A stretch of DNA of 64,000 nt from Lingula anatina (GCA_051362555.1 CM120640.1:7378001-7442000), one strand, 5' to 3'; shown: positions 41,201 through 55,779, counted from the first letter of the stretch. Numbers and translations are program-made. Notes: generated from the sequence alone by a model not told the origin.

Positions 41201-44200
41201 TGAAAATGTATCTTAGGAAGTCAAACATGTTAAACAGGTATATTTAACTTAATCAAAGCACCTGCAAGCTGCACCTGGCATCCAAATTATTCGTAACAAT
41301 TCCTAGCAGATACCATAATTGAAATCAATTTGGAATTGATCTACAAATCTCAAAAATATTTTTTGGAAAAGTTTTTGGTATTATTTTATCTATCATTTCT
41401 GTTGAAAAATTACAATAAATTGTTTTCTTGTTTCATTTAATTGGCAAAAGAAGAGTTGCCACTCCCAGAATAATATTTCAAACATTCTGAAGCATTAAGC
41501 AAAAAGATGAGAGATTTTGAGAATGCAGGCCAAAAAGAAAATAACAACAGTGTACCTGCTCAGCTGCCCTAGGTTCACGGTCTAAAATAGCCTGTGCAGC
41601 TTTGTTATTCTTGGTTGTCATGGCAGCAGCAAATGGTGTCTGCCCTTGTCTGTCCCTTGCGGCCAGGTTCAGTCCTGGGTGAGACAACATCAGAGAGATG
41701 ATCACAGTGTGCTGGTTGTTGATTGCCACATGGATTGGAGATTTTCCTTCTGCATCCTAAAAAAAGCATTTAAATATTAAAACTAAACCACAAAATGTCT
41801 TCTAGATAGAAACTGTCTAAAGTACTGAGACAAGCATGCTCAATGTGACTTTTCGACAAGGCAGCTTCATTTGTAGAAACAAAAACCCTATATTTTCAAG
41901 CTGATACAAGTATTTTAGTTGAAATTCAATTTGTTATCAACATGTGCATGTATCAACAAGATACAGTCACATTCTGTCTGAATAAATCCACAGATTATCT
42001 ATGTAGCTGTTAATGTAACAACACTTGACTCTCACCTGAGCATTGATGACAGCATTGTGCTCAATGAGGCACTGGACCACCATTTCCTGACCCCAGGTGG
42101 CTGCTAGGTGGAGAGGGGTCTGCCCATCTCTACAACAATAATAGTGGAATAATACTGTCAGTGGACATCATTTCACTAGTCATACATTTAACCTACTTAC
42201 TGGAAACTCAACTATATTTTCAGTAAGCTCATTCTACCTTTCCAGCTGCTGATTCAGAAAACAGCAGAGGTATGCTGATAATACACTTGTGTTTCTAGTG
42301 ATCTCTGAGACTCAGGGTGTCTATTATGTACTAAACAACAAAGCTTTTGATGTGTGTTGTAAGGGATCATTAGTTGTAATCAAGAACACAACAGCAGTAA
42401 AAAATGAAATTGAGCTGTTTATCAAATAAAAAATATGAAGATTCCTAATAAACCTAAACTAAAACAAAAAAATACATCTCTGGACTTGTGGAATGTTCAA
42501 AACGCAAACAAAACAAAACTTAAAAAATTATAAAAAATTATCTGATCATATCGATTTTTAATCTTGATATCCTTTTCTGTGTAACAGAACTTAAAAATCA
42601 ATGTTAACTACAGATGTTTTTACAATTTAATGGGTAGAAAAGGTTGTCCATTACCTTGCTTCCTCTCCCCCTTCTCCATTGGGTCCTGGTCTTCTGGGAC
42701 TGTTCACATCACACATGCTACAAATACAATGATAGTCATAGCATGAGCTAGTTCTGGTTTAGGATGTTCATTCCAAAGGACATCAGTATCAAAGCTGCAG
42801 GCTTTAAGTATAATAAGCAGTATTAACTTTTAACAAAATTTCTAGATCAAGTCAAGTGAGACCTGAAACAGGAAAAAAATTAGTTCAATACAAAATGTAT
42901 AACAGCTCTTCATTTTTCCCCACATTTAAAAAAACTTTCCCAATACCTTCTTATGAGGAAGCAAGCCACAGCTTCATTGTTCTCATCAATAGCTCTGTGC
43001 AGCAGAGTTTGTTCACATCCATCAGGACCTGGGCCCCACATGTTAGTGTCACAGCCATGGCGCACCTGAGTATAGGGAGTGACAGCTCATAATATGATAA
43101 TATTATAATATAACGATAATACAAAGGGAGACCAGGACACATAGCTGATATGTGGTATTAGCCAAGTTACAGACTGTCCTCTGTAATATCCCCCCAAAAA
43201 AATTTGTTTTACCCTGCATTTAAAAATGTGGAAAGGGAGAGAACAACATACCCTGTATTCATTTTTTAGTGTTAAAACAGATTTCTAAACTAACACATAT
43301 TTCCCTACCAAAATAGAAGCCACATCCTCCTGGCCTGTCTCCAGAGCTTGCCACAGTGGACAGTTGCCTTCTGCATCCATTACATTCATGTCAACACCGC
43401 GAGAACACAGTGCATCTACAACCACTGGCAGGTGGCGCTTAATGGCAAGCTGTAAGGGAGACTCGTTGTCTGCAGTTCTAAATAAAAAAATAAATAAAAC
43501 AAAATAATACATATTCAAAAGTAAATAAATATAAAAATAATAACACAACTAATCTCTCTTAAAAGAGAAAACAGAACATCTTATTTACAGCAGCTGTACA
43601 AAATAAACTTAATTTCACACACAAGAAAAATTTTCAGAAAGTATAAAAATGCAAATGCATTGCATGATCCTAATATACATAAATACACATATATATTATC
43701 TGAGGCAGAATTTTTCTAGCTTTTTCTATTTAAAAACTGTAGGAAAAAATTGGTTATTATTCAAGCTAATTCAGCATCAAAACTAACACCTAAGCAAGAT
43801 TTTTTCTGAAACCTAGATGCAAAAATACTTCACCTGGCACTGATATCTGCTTTATTCTCTAAAAGGAAAAGACAACTAGGGACATCTTGATTCATGATCG
43901 CTTGGTGCAGGAGTGTCATATTTTCTTCATCCTTTTCGTTGATGTTTGCTCCCCCATTCAGCAGCTGTACTGCTATGTCATTAAAGCCGTTCCACAGGGA
44001 CAAACCTAATGCTGTGTGCCCTCTGGAATCCTTGATGTTGAAGTTTGGAATTATAGTTGTATTATCAGTGGAACGAGTGGCTTTCTCTGGAAAATGAAAT
44101 AAGACATAAGTGTAAGGCTTTGTTCACATGCAATGTCTATTTTCTAAATTCTATTTTCTATTCGCTGTTAGTCTTATGATCACTGTCTGTGCCCTGAATA

Positions 44201-47200
44201 TCCCGCGGCGTAATTACTGGCAGCGCGAGCCAGTTACTTATACGAAGCTGTAATTAATTCTCGGCTGTGCTCGGAGGAGATTCTGATACCTTGACGCATG
44301 CGCAGTAGTATCTCTAAGCTGTGGAGTTCATCGGTTTATGTGTGACGACTCAAACATACAGATGCGAAATATGCACAAAATCGACAAACACATTTTTCAA
44401 AGCAATCGCGGTCGCCATTAACTTGCTAAATTCCTACTGCGCATGCGTAAAGGTATCAGAATCTCCTCCGAGCAGAGCCGAGAATTAATTACAGCTTTGT
44501 ATAAGTAACTGGCTCGAGCTGCCAGTAATTACGCCGCGGGATATTCAGGGCACAGACCGTGATCATAAGATAGCGCGAATAGAAAATAGAATTTAGAAAA
44601 TAGACATTGCATATGAACGAAGCCTTAGTCAATCTGGCATCATTAATGTTCTGCAATTCTGTGTTTTATCATGCCTGTATCATGGTGGATACTGATAAAA
44701 CACAGACTGCCCTAGGGAAGTGGTCTGAGACCCCCCTCCTTTGGTGGTTATCTTTTTTATCTATGGCGCAAATTAAATAAGCACAGGTGACTTATTTATG
44801 ACAAATTTAATATGTGATTGTGCTGTGTTGAAATGATACAAGTAAGCCTTATAAATATTATGTTAAATCAAAATTATGCATCAGTCCAGGTCAATGTAAT
44901 CACATTAAAAATATTATACCTTTGTGCTCCAAAAGAACTCTGACCACGTTGACATGCTTGTTAAGAATAGCTAGGTGGAGTGGCGTTTGCTTGCTAACAG
45001 GCGGGGATTCCTCTTCAAATCCTAGTGTTGCCATGGCAGTGTCAAGATTGGCGGTGGTCTGACTGTTGGGATTGGCTCCCTTGGACAGTAACATGGCAGC
45101 CAATTCTGCCAGTCCCTTCTGTGCTGCTGTGTGAAGTGGGCTCTCACCCTGAACACATATAACATAACAGAGTTGTCAACTGGATTAGGCAGGAAAGTCT
45201 GGTAGCTTTTAGTAAGAATCAGAATTTGAGTCAGATTGCAAAGAAAGCACCAGGATTGTGTTTTTTCTCAATTATCTAATATTATGTCAATATTATGTCA
45301 CCCCCCCCCCCCCCCCCCCCCACCAGCCACATGCAAGCCAATTACCTCATGGCTTCTGAGGTATGGTGCTGTTTTACACAATTTTTTACTTGCCCACCAT
45401 TCAATATAGATACATACATCATTCAGCACTAAATAAAATGACTTCAAAAACTAGCCAATTCACAATTGTTGATCAACTGTTTATTTACTACACAAGCCCG
45501 TAGCCAGGATGGGTTGGGGGGGTGTTCAAAAGAACTGCCCTTTTTGCTAGGAAAAAGTCCATTCTGGGTAAAATTTGATCTAGGTACACTAAGGTTTCAT
45601 TGTAAAAGTCTACCTTTTCAGAAAAAGACCACCCTTCTGAAATTGCCGACTATTGGCCTGCTACACACCAACTGTGTACATAAAATGAAAGCACCACTGT
45701 AATTCTAAGTAAACGGGTCATTTATACCATACCTTTCCATTAATCAGGTTCAGCTTAGCACCATGACTCACTAAGAACAAAGCTGCTGCTTCCATCCCTG
45801 CTCTGCTGGTCAAGTGTAACAGGCAGTCACCTAAAACACACAGATGATAATTGATAGGACTGTCAACAGGTATATGGACATATTATATAACTTACAAGGA
45901 AGTCAATACTAGATCACAGTCAACTACTATAAAACATCAGTTAAACAACAAATGCTCAGGCCTGTACATCATTGGAAAGATGTCATACTGCAGTCTGTTT
46001 TTCTGTGATAGTTTTCTTGAAATTGTGCTGCACATGCACATGCAGAGCTTGGAGAGAACAAGGCTACAACTTGAAGTAAACCCAGATGCCTTTCAGCATG
46101 TTTACATACAAGTATACACATTTAACACTTAACTTCAATTTTTCATTATTTCAAGAACCACCAGAACAGTCAACCTCATAATACTAGTACTGGGTACCTG
46201 TTTCACTGTTAACAGCATCAGGTGAACTTCCAGCCTTAATGAGCCTTGCAGCAAAGCTGTTGTCATCTATACTCTGTCCAGCACTGTCCAGCAGCCCTAG
46301 CCACAACACAGTTTGACCATCAGCATTTTGCAGCTCTAGTTTCAGGTTGTTTTGAGATAAGAGAGTGCTGAACACTGCCTCATGCTTTGATGATACTGCT
46401 CTATGAAGTGGAGTACTGAAAAAAAAAATGTGGATGTACTTCTGGTATACATGTACTGTATGCTTTAAAACTAGTAGATTTAAATTAACATACAAAAATT
46501 CAAACTGATCACCATTCTAGTCTTACATATTGCATATATGAAATCTCTACTGAAAAATATCACAAAGTTTCATTCCAAAAATGGTAAAGCTCTAAGTAAC
46601 AAAGATTCAGTGTTAAAACATAAACAAAGGCTATATGCAATACAATTTAAGAATAATTTTCATTGCTCTGATTTTTTTCACTTTTCAACTTTTTCATAAT
46701 AGTAGTAAGCTATGAAAAACCCTTACTTTCCAGCAGTGTCCTGAGCACTGGTGTCTGCCCCAGCCTCCAGGAGCTGTTTTGCTATCCTGGCCATGCCTGC
46801 CAGAGTGTCTGGGGATGTGACGTCTGGGTTGAAGGAGGCCACCATGTGCAGGGCTGTCTCCTTCTCTATGTGGGAGGCAGCGTTCACATTGGCACCATTT
46901 TTGATTAGGAAGCTGGCTGAGAATTCATCTCCTAAATATATAAATGTCTTCAATAAAGTTAACCTATGATGAAACTTATGAACATAAAAAATATCTTCAC
47001 AGAATATCAAAATATTGCAAGTGATACTCAAAAACAGACTAAATTTACACTGTAAGACTGATCATCATCAAATAATAGAGGAAAAAAAATCCTATAAGTA
47101 CAAAAATGTAAACCATAGGGCAGTATCACATTTATAACACATTCATAACCTGGCATCAAATTCAGAGAACAAAAATTGGTTTCTGCTTCAAGAGCATATA

Positions 47201-50200
47201 TTCTAAAAGATCTAATCACTGAGCGAAATATGTACATCTCACAAAGAAACCTTATACCTCTTCTGATAGCTTTATGTAGCAAGCATCTTCCAGAGTTGTC
47301 AGTTTTATTAACATCTACTTTATGCCCTACGAGTGTTTGGGCTATACTTTCTTGTTTAGCTTGAAGAGCAAGGTCCAAAGGCAAATCCCCTCTGTTGTCC
47401 AATTCATTCAACTTCCCTGGCAGCTATAAAATAAAATAAAACCAGCAAATCTTTTAAAGCTCTGAAGATTTATTAATTTATCAATTTTTAAGTTTTTTGT
47501 TGCTTCTTAATAGAACCATTTCATGAGAACACAAACTTTTTTATCACATGGGTTTATATTATTCTTCCTTAATTATTAAACAGAATTAAAATCAAAAGAA
47601 GAATGATACCAATAACACTTGCATTTCTGATAAGTGAAAAGTGTTGTTGTTAAAATAAAACTACTTACTCCTGTATTTCATAGATATTGTTGCAAAATCT
47701 GCCAACAGATTATCAACAAAATTGTTAACCAACTGTAAAAGTTTAACCAATGTTAAAGTGACACTATTCCAAACTAGTACATAGGCATGGTTTTGTTTCT
47801 TACCAGAGAATCAAATTCAATGAGATATAGGAAGACCACATCCTCCCTCTGAGTGCGGATAGCTGTGTGCAGAGGGTACTGGGTCTTGGTTTTAAACATA
47901 CTGTATAACAATGGAGCTGGCATACAGGCAAAATCTTCACTTGTGAAGTCATTCTAAAAAATGAAGCAATAAACAGTAATTTTAATGTTAAAATAGGCTT
48001 AAATAGTGAACTTTTAATATGATGAAGTAGTTGCTGATTGTGACAAGTTGAGCATAAGGAAAACAATGAATTATTTTGTCATAATATAGACAACAGACAC
48101 AGTATATTCCTGTTTTGTTATTAAAATTCATTCAGAATTCTTTACATGGAATAATATCACTGCATGGTTATCATATATAGCAACATCAATTCTAACCAAA
48201 ATTAAAACTGTACGTTTTTCATGATTTATCTTTACCCAATGGTTAGAAATCAGCTCTGAGCAATGTTTTTTCAGTAATTCAGCACCGATTTCCTCAGCCG
48301 TCTGGTAATATCTGATACAATTCTTCACACTGACTGAGGACATGAGAGCCTGCTCACACCTGCAAACAGAGAAGATAATATAGAGTTCTTGAGAAATTCC
48401 ACATAGAAAGAATTACAGACCTAACACAAACACAAAAAACACATTTGACTTAATGAAAAATGTTAACCAAACTTTAATTTTTTTTTCAATATCATGCTAA
48501 TGATATATTCTTTCAATATCATGTTAATTATGAAGTCTGGTTGCATTGCAGTGAATAGTTTTGAAGCAAATAAAACAATTTTCTTGCAGTGAAGTACATT
48601 TTTCATTGTTGCTTGTGTAAAGAAGGTAAAAATCTCTTTAGGAGGAATTTAATTTTCTTGCAGTAAAATTATTTTAGCCAAATATTTACCTATTTTTCAG
48701 AGTATCAAGTTTAAAGTTGCTGGCTGCCTTCAACAATTCCAAGAGGAAAGTATCATCTGACTTGATGTCAATCTGATCTGTGTATGCCCATTTTACCAGA
48801 GCAAATGAGACCTCATGGTTTATACCTAAACAACAGGCAAATGATTAACCTTTAACACAAAATAATGAAACATGCTGATAACAGTTAAGAAGTTTTTGGA
48901 TCCTTCACAAGCCTCCTTCAGCACATAATGAAGGTCTATTAATTCTTCTATATGATAGTTTAAAAAAAATTATTTTCTGAACAATAAGAAGTGTCCAATA
49001 GAGGAAGGTATCCAAAACAAAGATAACAGAATGCAATATACCATTAAAAGAAATATACTCTGTATTAATAAATCAAATGCATAAATAAATTCATAAATAA
49101 ATAAACATATTGCTACTCTAAGTGCCCTGCTTTTTGATTAATCAGAGGACTGCATTTACATCAGTGAAAAGAAATTAAACCACATCCAGAACAAAACTGT
49201 CCCTTTTTGACTGACCAGTTAGGTCCAGTTCTGTGACTGCCCCCAGGTCTGGCACTCCCCAGTGGTCACTCCTGGCTGCAAGGACAAACCTGTGGGCATG
49301 GAGCTGCTGACCATCTAAGTGGATAGTCAGGTCACTGAAATGTTAACACAAACATAATTTATTTTCTAAAATCCAGTTTTTAATTTGTCATTTAATCTGA
49401 TAATTTCTACCCATCAAAATGAAAATTTTTAATTATGAGTGTTTCAAGTAGTTGCTGATTTATTGGGTTAATTCCATATGTTGTACATACTTACTAATGC
49501 CAATATATCTGCCTTACAATAAAATTATCTACATTCCTTCACTTTGAACTCCTCTTAAATCTTATCAGAATTATCCACTAGGTCAAACTATAATTGTTAC
49601 ACCTGGTCTCCTGAGGTCAGTTTGTCAGAACATGTCAGGTTCTCTGGTGTAAACTAATGAAACCTAATAGCCACATCTAATTTTTGGGTATTTTTTCAAA
49701 GAAAAAAAATAATGAAATAGTGAAACACCCTTATCTATTTATTTTACTTTTTGTGCCCACGATAAATTTCTTTACTCATTGATAAAAGTAACAATGGATA
49801 ATTAACTTCAATTAAATAATAAAAATATACCAAACCTGTATAATTCTTTGTCAAATAAGTCTGCAATGGTGGTTAGAAGCCTGGAAATGAAGCTACTGCC
49901 ACTGGTTTGTCCTGATGCTGCCACTGCCACCTGGTATTTTTTCTCAAGTTCTGCATATTTTGACTGAAGTTTGACATACTCTTCCCGTAGAAGACGCAGG
50001 TGGCTTTGAAGTTTAACAACTTCAGCTGGAATTCAGAAATAATTAAAGGTATTCCCTTCTATAGCTATTTCCTTAAAACAGATGCAACCCCTCAAATTAA
50101 GTACATGTACAGTATACATTGTACTGTACTTGATGCTGTTGTCTTGCACTGTCCTATGGGAAGCAGAACTAAATTATTCAATAACCAATAGTATAAAAAA

Positions 50201-50752
50201 TCAAATACAATTGTGGGGATGCATCAAGCAGTTCTTGTATGAAGGAGAAAATTGTTACATTGTAAATGTTTTTGAGGAAAATTCAATATGTTGGTAAAAT
50301 CCTGGATAAGATACATGTACCTTTAAGAAGGGGATGGTAGAAATAAGTTAGAAACCAAACCCATTTAGAATAAATTTCATTGTATACTCAAAAGTTTCCC
50401 TAGGAAGTCCTGTTGGTGAACACACACTTTTCCTCCATGCACAATGCTCTCTTTGTTTTTCATCCTTTCAAAACATTGTGTCAGTCACTGTGACACTGTC
50501 CACTAAATACACATATTCTACACATAGAATAAAACCTATAATCATGCTTTATAAGCATGCATGTATAATCCTGAATTCCAATGTTGCTTTAATTTACAAA
50601 CACTGCTACATAAATGTTTTCAACATGGAGCATTTAAATTAAATTCTTTTGCAATTTTATGTGAATTTGCTTTCAAACTTGGCACACAAAATACCACCTC
50701 CTCAATCTGCCATTTAATTCATTTATTAATTACCCCACAATACATGTATATA

Positions 50753-50823
<71 letters not shown>

Positions 50824-51322
50824 CTAACGGAAATATCTGCATAAACATGTTGAGAAATATAATTATGCACCTTCATTTTTCCTAAACTAAAAGCATACAT
50901 TAGCATCATTATCATAAAACAAATTACAAATACCCACACATACTGTACAAAAGACTCTAAAGATGCCTAAAGTACAATGTGGCAATTATTATAATTTTAT
51001 TTTATAATTACATTTTTCACAGAGCACAGGCATGCAGCGTACCGTCTGTACTAGATATACATGTTGTATAAGTTGTAACGTTACTCATACATGTACTGGT
51101 ACATCTACATACACTGTACACGGTTGAACAAGGCGGCGGATTAAAAGGACGTCGGTTTTCACTTGGAGTGCAATTTGGAGAATGAAAAATTATCTTATTG
51201 TATTCTTCTGTGCGATTTACTTTTTTGCTACATTACTCTTTTCCTCTTGAGATACATTTTACCTTAATTTACTTGTTTAAAACGATCGTTCGATAAAAAC
51301 GGAAGTACTCACCCTCCGCCAT
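38235..51322 (-). CDS. ANKFY1: Rabankyrin-5 (BTB, ankyrin repeats, FYVE), ~1152 aa, complete
   Basis: 24 phase-consistent exons: 51322-51313, 50025-49836, 49334-49216, 48825-48690, 48359-48236, 47953-47804, 47423-47258, 46931-46727, 46415-46198, 45830-45733, 45148-44920, 44086-43834, 43477-43309, 43065-42947, 42717-42655, 42129-42036, 41756-41556, 41183-41007, 40717-40567, 39942-39852, 39681-39557, 39151-39005, 38663-38573, 38367-38235; 3459 nt. N-terminus MAEAEVVKLQSHLRLLREEYVKLQ, BTB (HAHRFVLAARS), many TPLH-type ankyrin repeats, FYVE (RKHHCRHCGRLLC...VRVCQICFDVL). Confidence 0.96.
44113..44627. mobile_element. Young palindromic MITE in an ANKFY1 intron
   Basis: Arms of ~195 bp (44113-44308 and 44434-44627) are near-perfect reverse complements around a ~125-bp spacer. 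Termini ta|aggctt...aagcct|ta. Confidence 0.92.
45493..45660. mobile_element. Short degenerate non-autonomous DNA element (~170 bp, 5-bp TSD)
   Basis: caagcccgtagccagg ... ccgactattggcctg imperfect TIR, flanked by the direct repeat ctaca (45488-45492 and 45661-45665). Confidence 0.5.
50757..50822. repeat. (TA)n microsatellite
   Basis: Directly visible. Confidence 0.97.
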
Positions 51323-51521
51323 TTTGAGCTGTCACATGACCAGATGTGGGGGGATTTTATTGAGTGGCATTTTTTTGTGCCTTTTAAGGATTTGGATGTC
51401 GAGAATGTGTAGATTCATTGTACAGAATTAGCGGTAAATCTTTGGAGTTTATTTATTAGAGTAATCATAAAGCCATTAATAGATATGTAAATACTTGAAA
51501 TTCCACAATTTGTCGCGGGAC
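51323..51521. promoter_or_regulatory. Probable compact bidirectional promoter of ANKFY1 and NFATC2IP
   Basis: The divergent ATGs are 200 bp apart. A YY1-like CCGCCATTTT overlaps the ANKFY1 start, and an E-box GTCACATGAC lies at 51331-51340. Confidence 0.6.
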
Positions 51522-51746
51522 ATGGATATGGCGCTGAATTCAGAAAGTTCTCAGCCGCTTGGGTTTGAAGGGCCGGCAGATGACAATCGGGTAAGTGGAA
51601 ACAGTTAAGTTTTCATATTGCAGATAGTCATATTTTGGTAAAAGACTGCAAAGATGGTTTTAATTTCTCGTGGAACTCCATGGATTATTGTATAGTCACA
51701 TTTTGTTGAAAAATCCAATGTCTCCCCCCGTCTCCCCCCCCCCCCA

Positions 51747-51794
<48 letters not shown>

Positions 51795-54700
51795 GAAAAT
51801 GGCATAATTTGTAAATTTGAAGTAGACTCCATGCAATGCAGATAGCAGCAGATTGTATTCAACATCAAATCGGACAACCTCTTCAAAATGCACCTAGTGA
51901 TACTAGTGATATTATTAAAAGTTAAAAGGTATATGTTGACCGCAACTGTCAGGGACATATTGGATTCTGTTAAAGCCATTTGGAGATTTAAGCACCATGA
52001 TGGATCCTCCTTTTTTTAACCTTTGTTTTTTGTGATTGATAGCCTTCAGAACACAATTCAAGTGATGACAACAGCAGTGACGAGGAGTCTCCCCCTGCTG
52101 GTAGTAGGGGGAGAGGCCGTCCCAGACTGGCAGACCTAGCTGATGAAGATGAAGAGGGAGAGGCAGGTTCCTCCCCCCAACTTACTGGTATTTACTCCAC
52201 TAGAGTATCCACTGTGGTACAGGAAGTGAAGAGTGGGAAGTTTAAACCTTTGGCTTCTTCAGATTCAGGTAAATTGAAGCTTAATCTGGATTCGTGCTTT
52301 GTCAGATGAAGAAATAGTACAAAGGGATTTCAACAAATTGGCTACTTTACCTATGCAGGAAACCATTAAATGACAAAAATGCACATAGGCAGATCTGAGG
52401 TGACCATGCTCTCCCTTCCCCCCCCCCCCCCCCCCCCCACCACTCTCACCCCACCTCCTTTTCAAAACAGTATGGCAAATGCAGCCATATCTTTAGCCCA
52501 AAAAAGGTGAAGAAGACCAAGGAAGGATGTTTCTTTTATTTAATGAGCACTACAATATGCCTAAAATATCAAAGCAGAAAAGAATGATCTCATCAAGCAT
52601 CAAATTTTTGTCTCTGGCTTTGATGCCCTTGATCACCCAGTGCTGGTTTATGCTTTTAAAACTAAATTCCTGCTGTCAATTCTAACATTAATTGCCATGC
52701 ATATGAAAATCATTTTTTGAACTTTATATCTTTAATTTCAGACGTTGAGGATGAAGATGAAGAATTTCTGCCAGCAAAGAAAAGAAGGAAAAAGGAAGCA
52801 ATTTCTCCAACTTTACTGATATTAGATAGTGATAATGATGGAGAAACTGATGGGTACAGTTTTAACCTTGTACATGTTTATAAATATTTTACCAATTGGA
52901 TCTGTGTAATGCTGTTTTATTATAAATGTGTTACCATTTTAAAATCTAATAAAAAATCACAGTTCAGTATAGTTAAAATGTGTTTGAGCTGTTGTGAAAC
53001 ATTATATGAGAACACATGTTGAGAATAGAGTCTTTTCCACGGTCACGTGACTTCCGCTAAATTATCCGTGAGAACGCGAGATTTTGCGGGATTTGAAGTT
53101 TCAGGGGGAAAGTGTGGAGTGTACACGACGGACGCCATATCGAGGAGTGCTCATTTCAATCTGAATTTTCAAAGTTTCATAACATGTTAACACCTGATTT
53201 TTTTCGAAAACATATTCATGGGAGCAGTTGGAGTAGAAATTTAGCAGAAGTACCTGATGACTTTTCAATGAAAGAACTAAAAACGTACCTCATCGACAGC
53301 AAAGATAGGACATTCGGTACTTTTGTAGTTTACCCCCCCACCCTGTAACTTCCTGAAACTTTCATTTTTCAAACATTTTTTTTTACAGTGTCTTTTGCAC
53401 CTATGTCAAAGCTGTTGAAATAAAATGTTTTTGTAATTACCTGTGGTCTTTCTTATTAGTTTTAATCACGTTTAATCCACCACATTGAAATACAATGTGA
53501 AAATTTACAATGTAACCGCAGCTTGCTGCGTTTTCGTTGGCTAACTCTACCTTATTTTATGTGAACATAAGATTGATACATTGTATACTTGGATTTCCTC
53601 TGTGAAATTATTATGAGCTACTTGTTCACATAAAATTACCTTATGGTTAGCCAACGAAAATGCGGCAAGTTATTGACTGCGAGTGTAAATTGAAGATTCT
53701 AACTTTGTATTTCAATGGGCTGGATTAAACGTGATTAACACTAATATAAAGTCCACCGGTAATTACAAAAGCATTTTATTTCAACAGTTTTGACATGGAT
53801 AAACAATAAAATGTAAAAAACTGTTTGAAAAGTGAAAGTTACAGAAAGTTACAGGGTGAGGGGGGGGTATACTACAAAAGTACCGAAGGCCCCTTCTACT
53901 CTTTCCCCCTGAGAAACAGTCCCGCACAAAATGGCGCGAACTGCGCATGCTCACGATTTCGTGGAAAAGACTCTATTGGCACTGCTAAACATGCTAAACA
54001 CTATTTAATAGAACAATTTTTATTATTGTCACTGAGTTTTAACATTAAAATAGAAATGCCATGAAAACACAACCCCGTCTCAATTAGCTAGTATGCACCA
54101 GTATATGCTACCCATTATGAGCCTCGTTTCAATGACTGACAGCATGTGATGCGATATTAGGCAGAAGGTTGCCAGGGAGACAAAACTAGGCCACAACATG
54201 CCTGCTGATTATCTAGTCACATACTGTCAGTTATTGAAATGAAACTCACATCAGACAGGATATCATTCCATATTCAGCATGTCTCAGATCAATGAGGTAG
54301 GACAAATTTACTTAGTGATGTGATTAATAAGGTTTCACCTTATCTAGTCTGAAAGTTGGCTTTTTATGCCATATATGATGTGTAGTCCATCCATACCCTC
54401 ATCCATATTTGTTTTACTAGAGTACAGATCGAGGAAGAGGCGCAGACTGATGACCTTGACATTGTGACTCTTTCACCATCCCCACCACCAACGCCTCCTA
54501 CAGCCATCATTCTTGCAAGGCCAGGAAGGAACAGGAGGAACAAAGAGGTCACTACGGCTTTAAGGTAGGTCGAGGATATAGATTTTTCAAAAATCAACAC
54601 TGCTAATGCTTTGTAACTGATTAGAAATTATGATAAAAATCCGTAATGTTTTAGCACATAATTTTTGTACCCTAACTGCTTTGTTAAATCACAGAAATTT

Positions 54701-55738
54701 TGTGAAGAACTTGTTTGTTAATCTTCAGTTCAACCTGAATATGTCATTTTACTGTCATTATTATTAAATAGTAAATTGTTTTAATGCAAATATCATGTAA
54801 CTAACCTTCCTTTACAACTACATCACAAATTAAAGATTTAGTATTTGTAAATCAACTCTGTGCCATCTTGTTTGTTCCTGATTCAACTAATGGCATATTT
54901 TTCAAAGATATAAACATGTTTTAAAGGAACCTGGAGAAAGCCTCACATGAATTCCATGAAAGTCTTGCTGAGAGGTCGCTGAATGAGAGTGTAGACTTGG
55001 TGATGGAGAGTCCCTCTGAAAACAGGACCATGATGGTGAAGGTTAGGAGTACAGCAGGAGTGCAGCGGTTTCCCCTGAAGCCAGTGAGTAGAAAAATAAA
55101 AGTAATGCCATAAATTTGAATCAGTGCATTATTATTTATTGTGAGGGCTGTGAAGTCATTGTGGTGGGTGACACTCTTAACACCTTAGGAAGCTCTTGGG
55201 AACAATATAAAAGTCTGTTTCCTGGAGTATTTCACCCCTATACCTTTGAACTGACGTAAAAATTATTTTAATGATTTTAATAAAACAACATTTATTATAC
55301 CTCATGCTGCATTTGTTTATAAGTTGTTCTAATTTGCTTTAATTGCACAATGCAGGTGCACTGTTTTTGGTATTTGATTTCAGAATGACACATTTGAAGA
55401 GATCTTTAAGAAAATGGCTGAGCAAGAAGGCGTCTCAGTAGACAGGGTATTTATGGTACACAAAGATGATATAGAAGTACAGCCATATGACACACCAAAA
55501 TCCATCAAACTCCATATAGCAGATATTTTGGGTGAGACGTGTGATAATTGTTAAGGTATAAGTAAAATGTGCAGACACCAAGAGGCAAAAACACAAAATG
55601 TTTTTGAAGTTGAACAAGGGTTTTTGTTTTTTTACCTTTCCAATACATTACTCATTATAGCAGAAACCATAAATCTATATAAAGTGAATTTAAAATACTT
55701 CCACTATTTTTCAGCCATGTGAGAAAATGTGCATGCAT

Positions 55739-55779
<41 letters not shown>

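Noticed and set aside
54119-54248. Imperfect hairpin in an NFATC2IP intron (similar decayed inverted repeats near 11577-11805 and 56049-56210)
   Set aside because: Most simply old MITE remnants; boundaries and TSDs cannot be defined.
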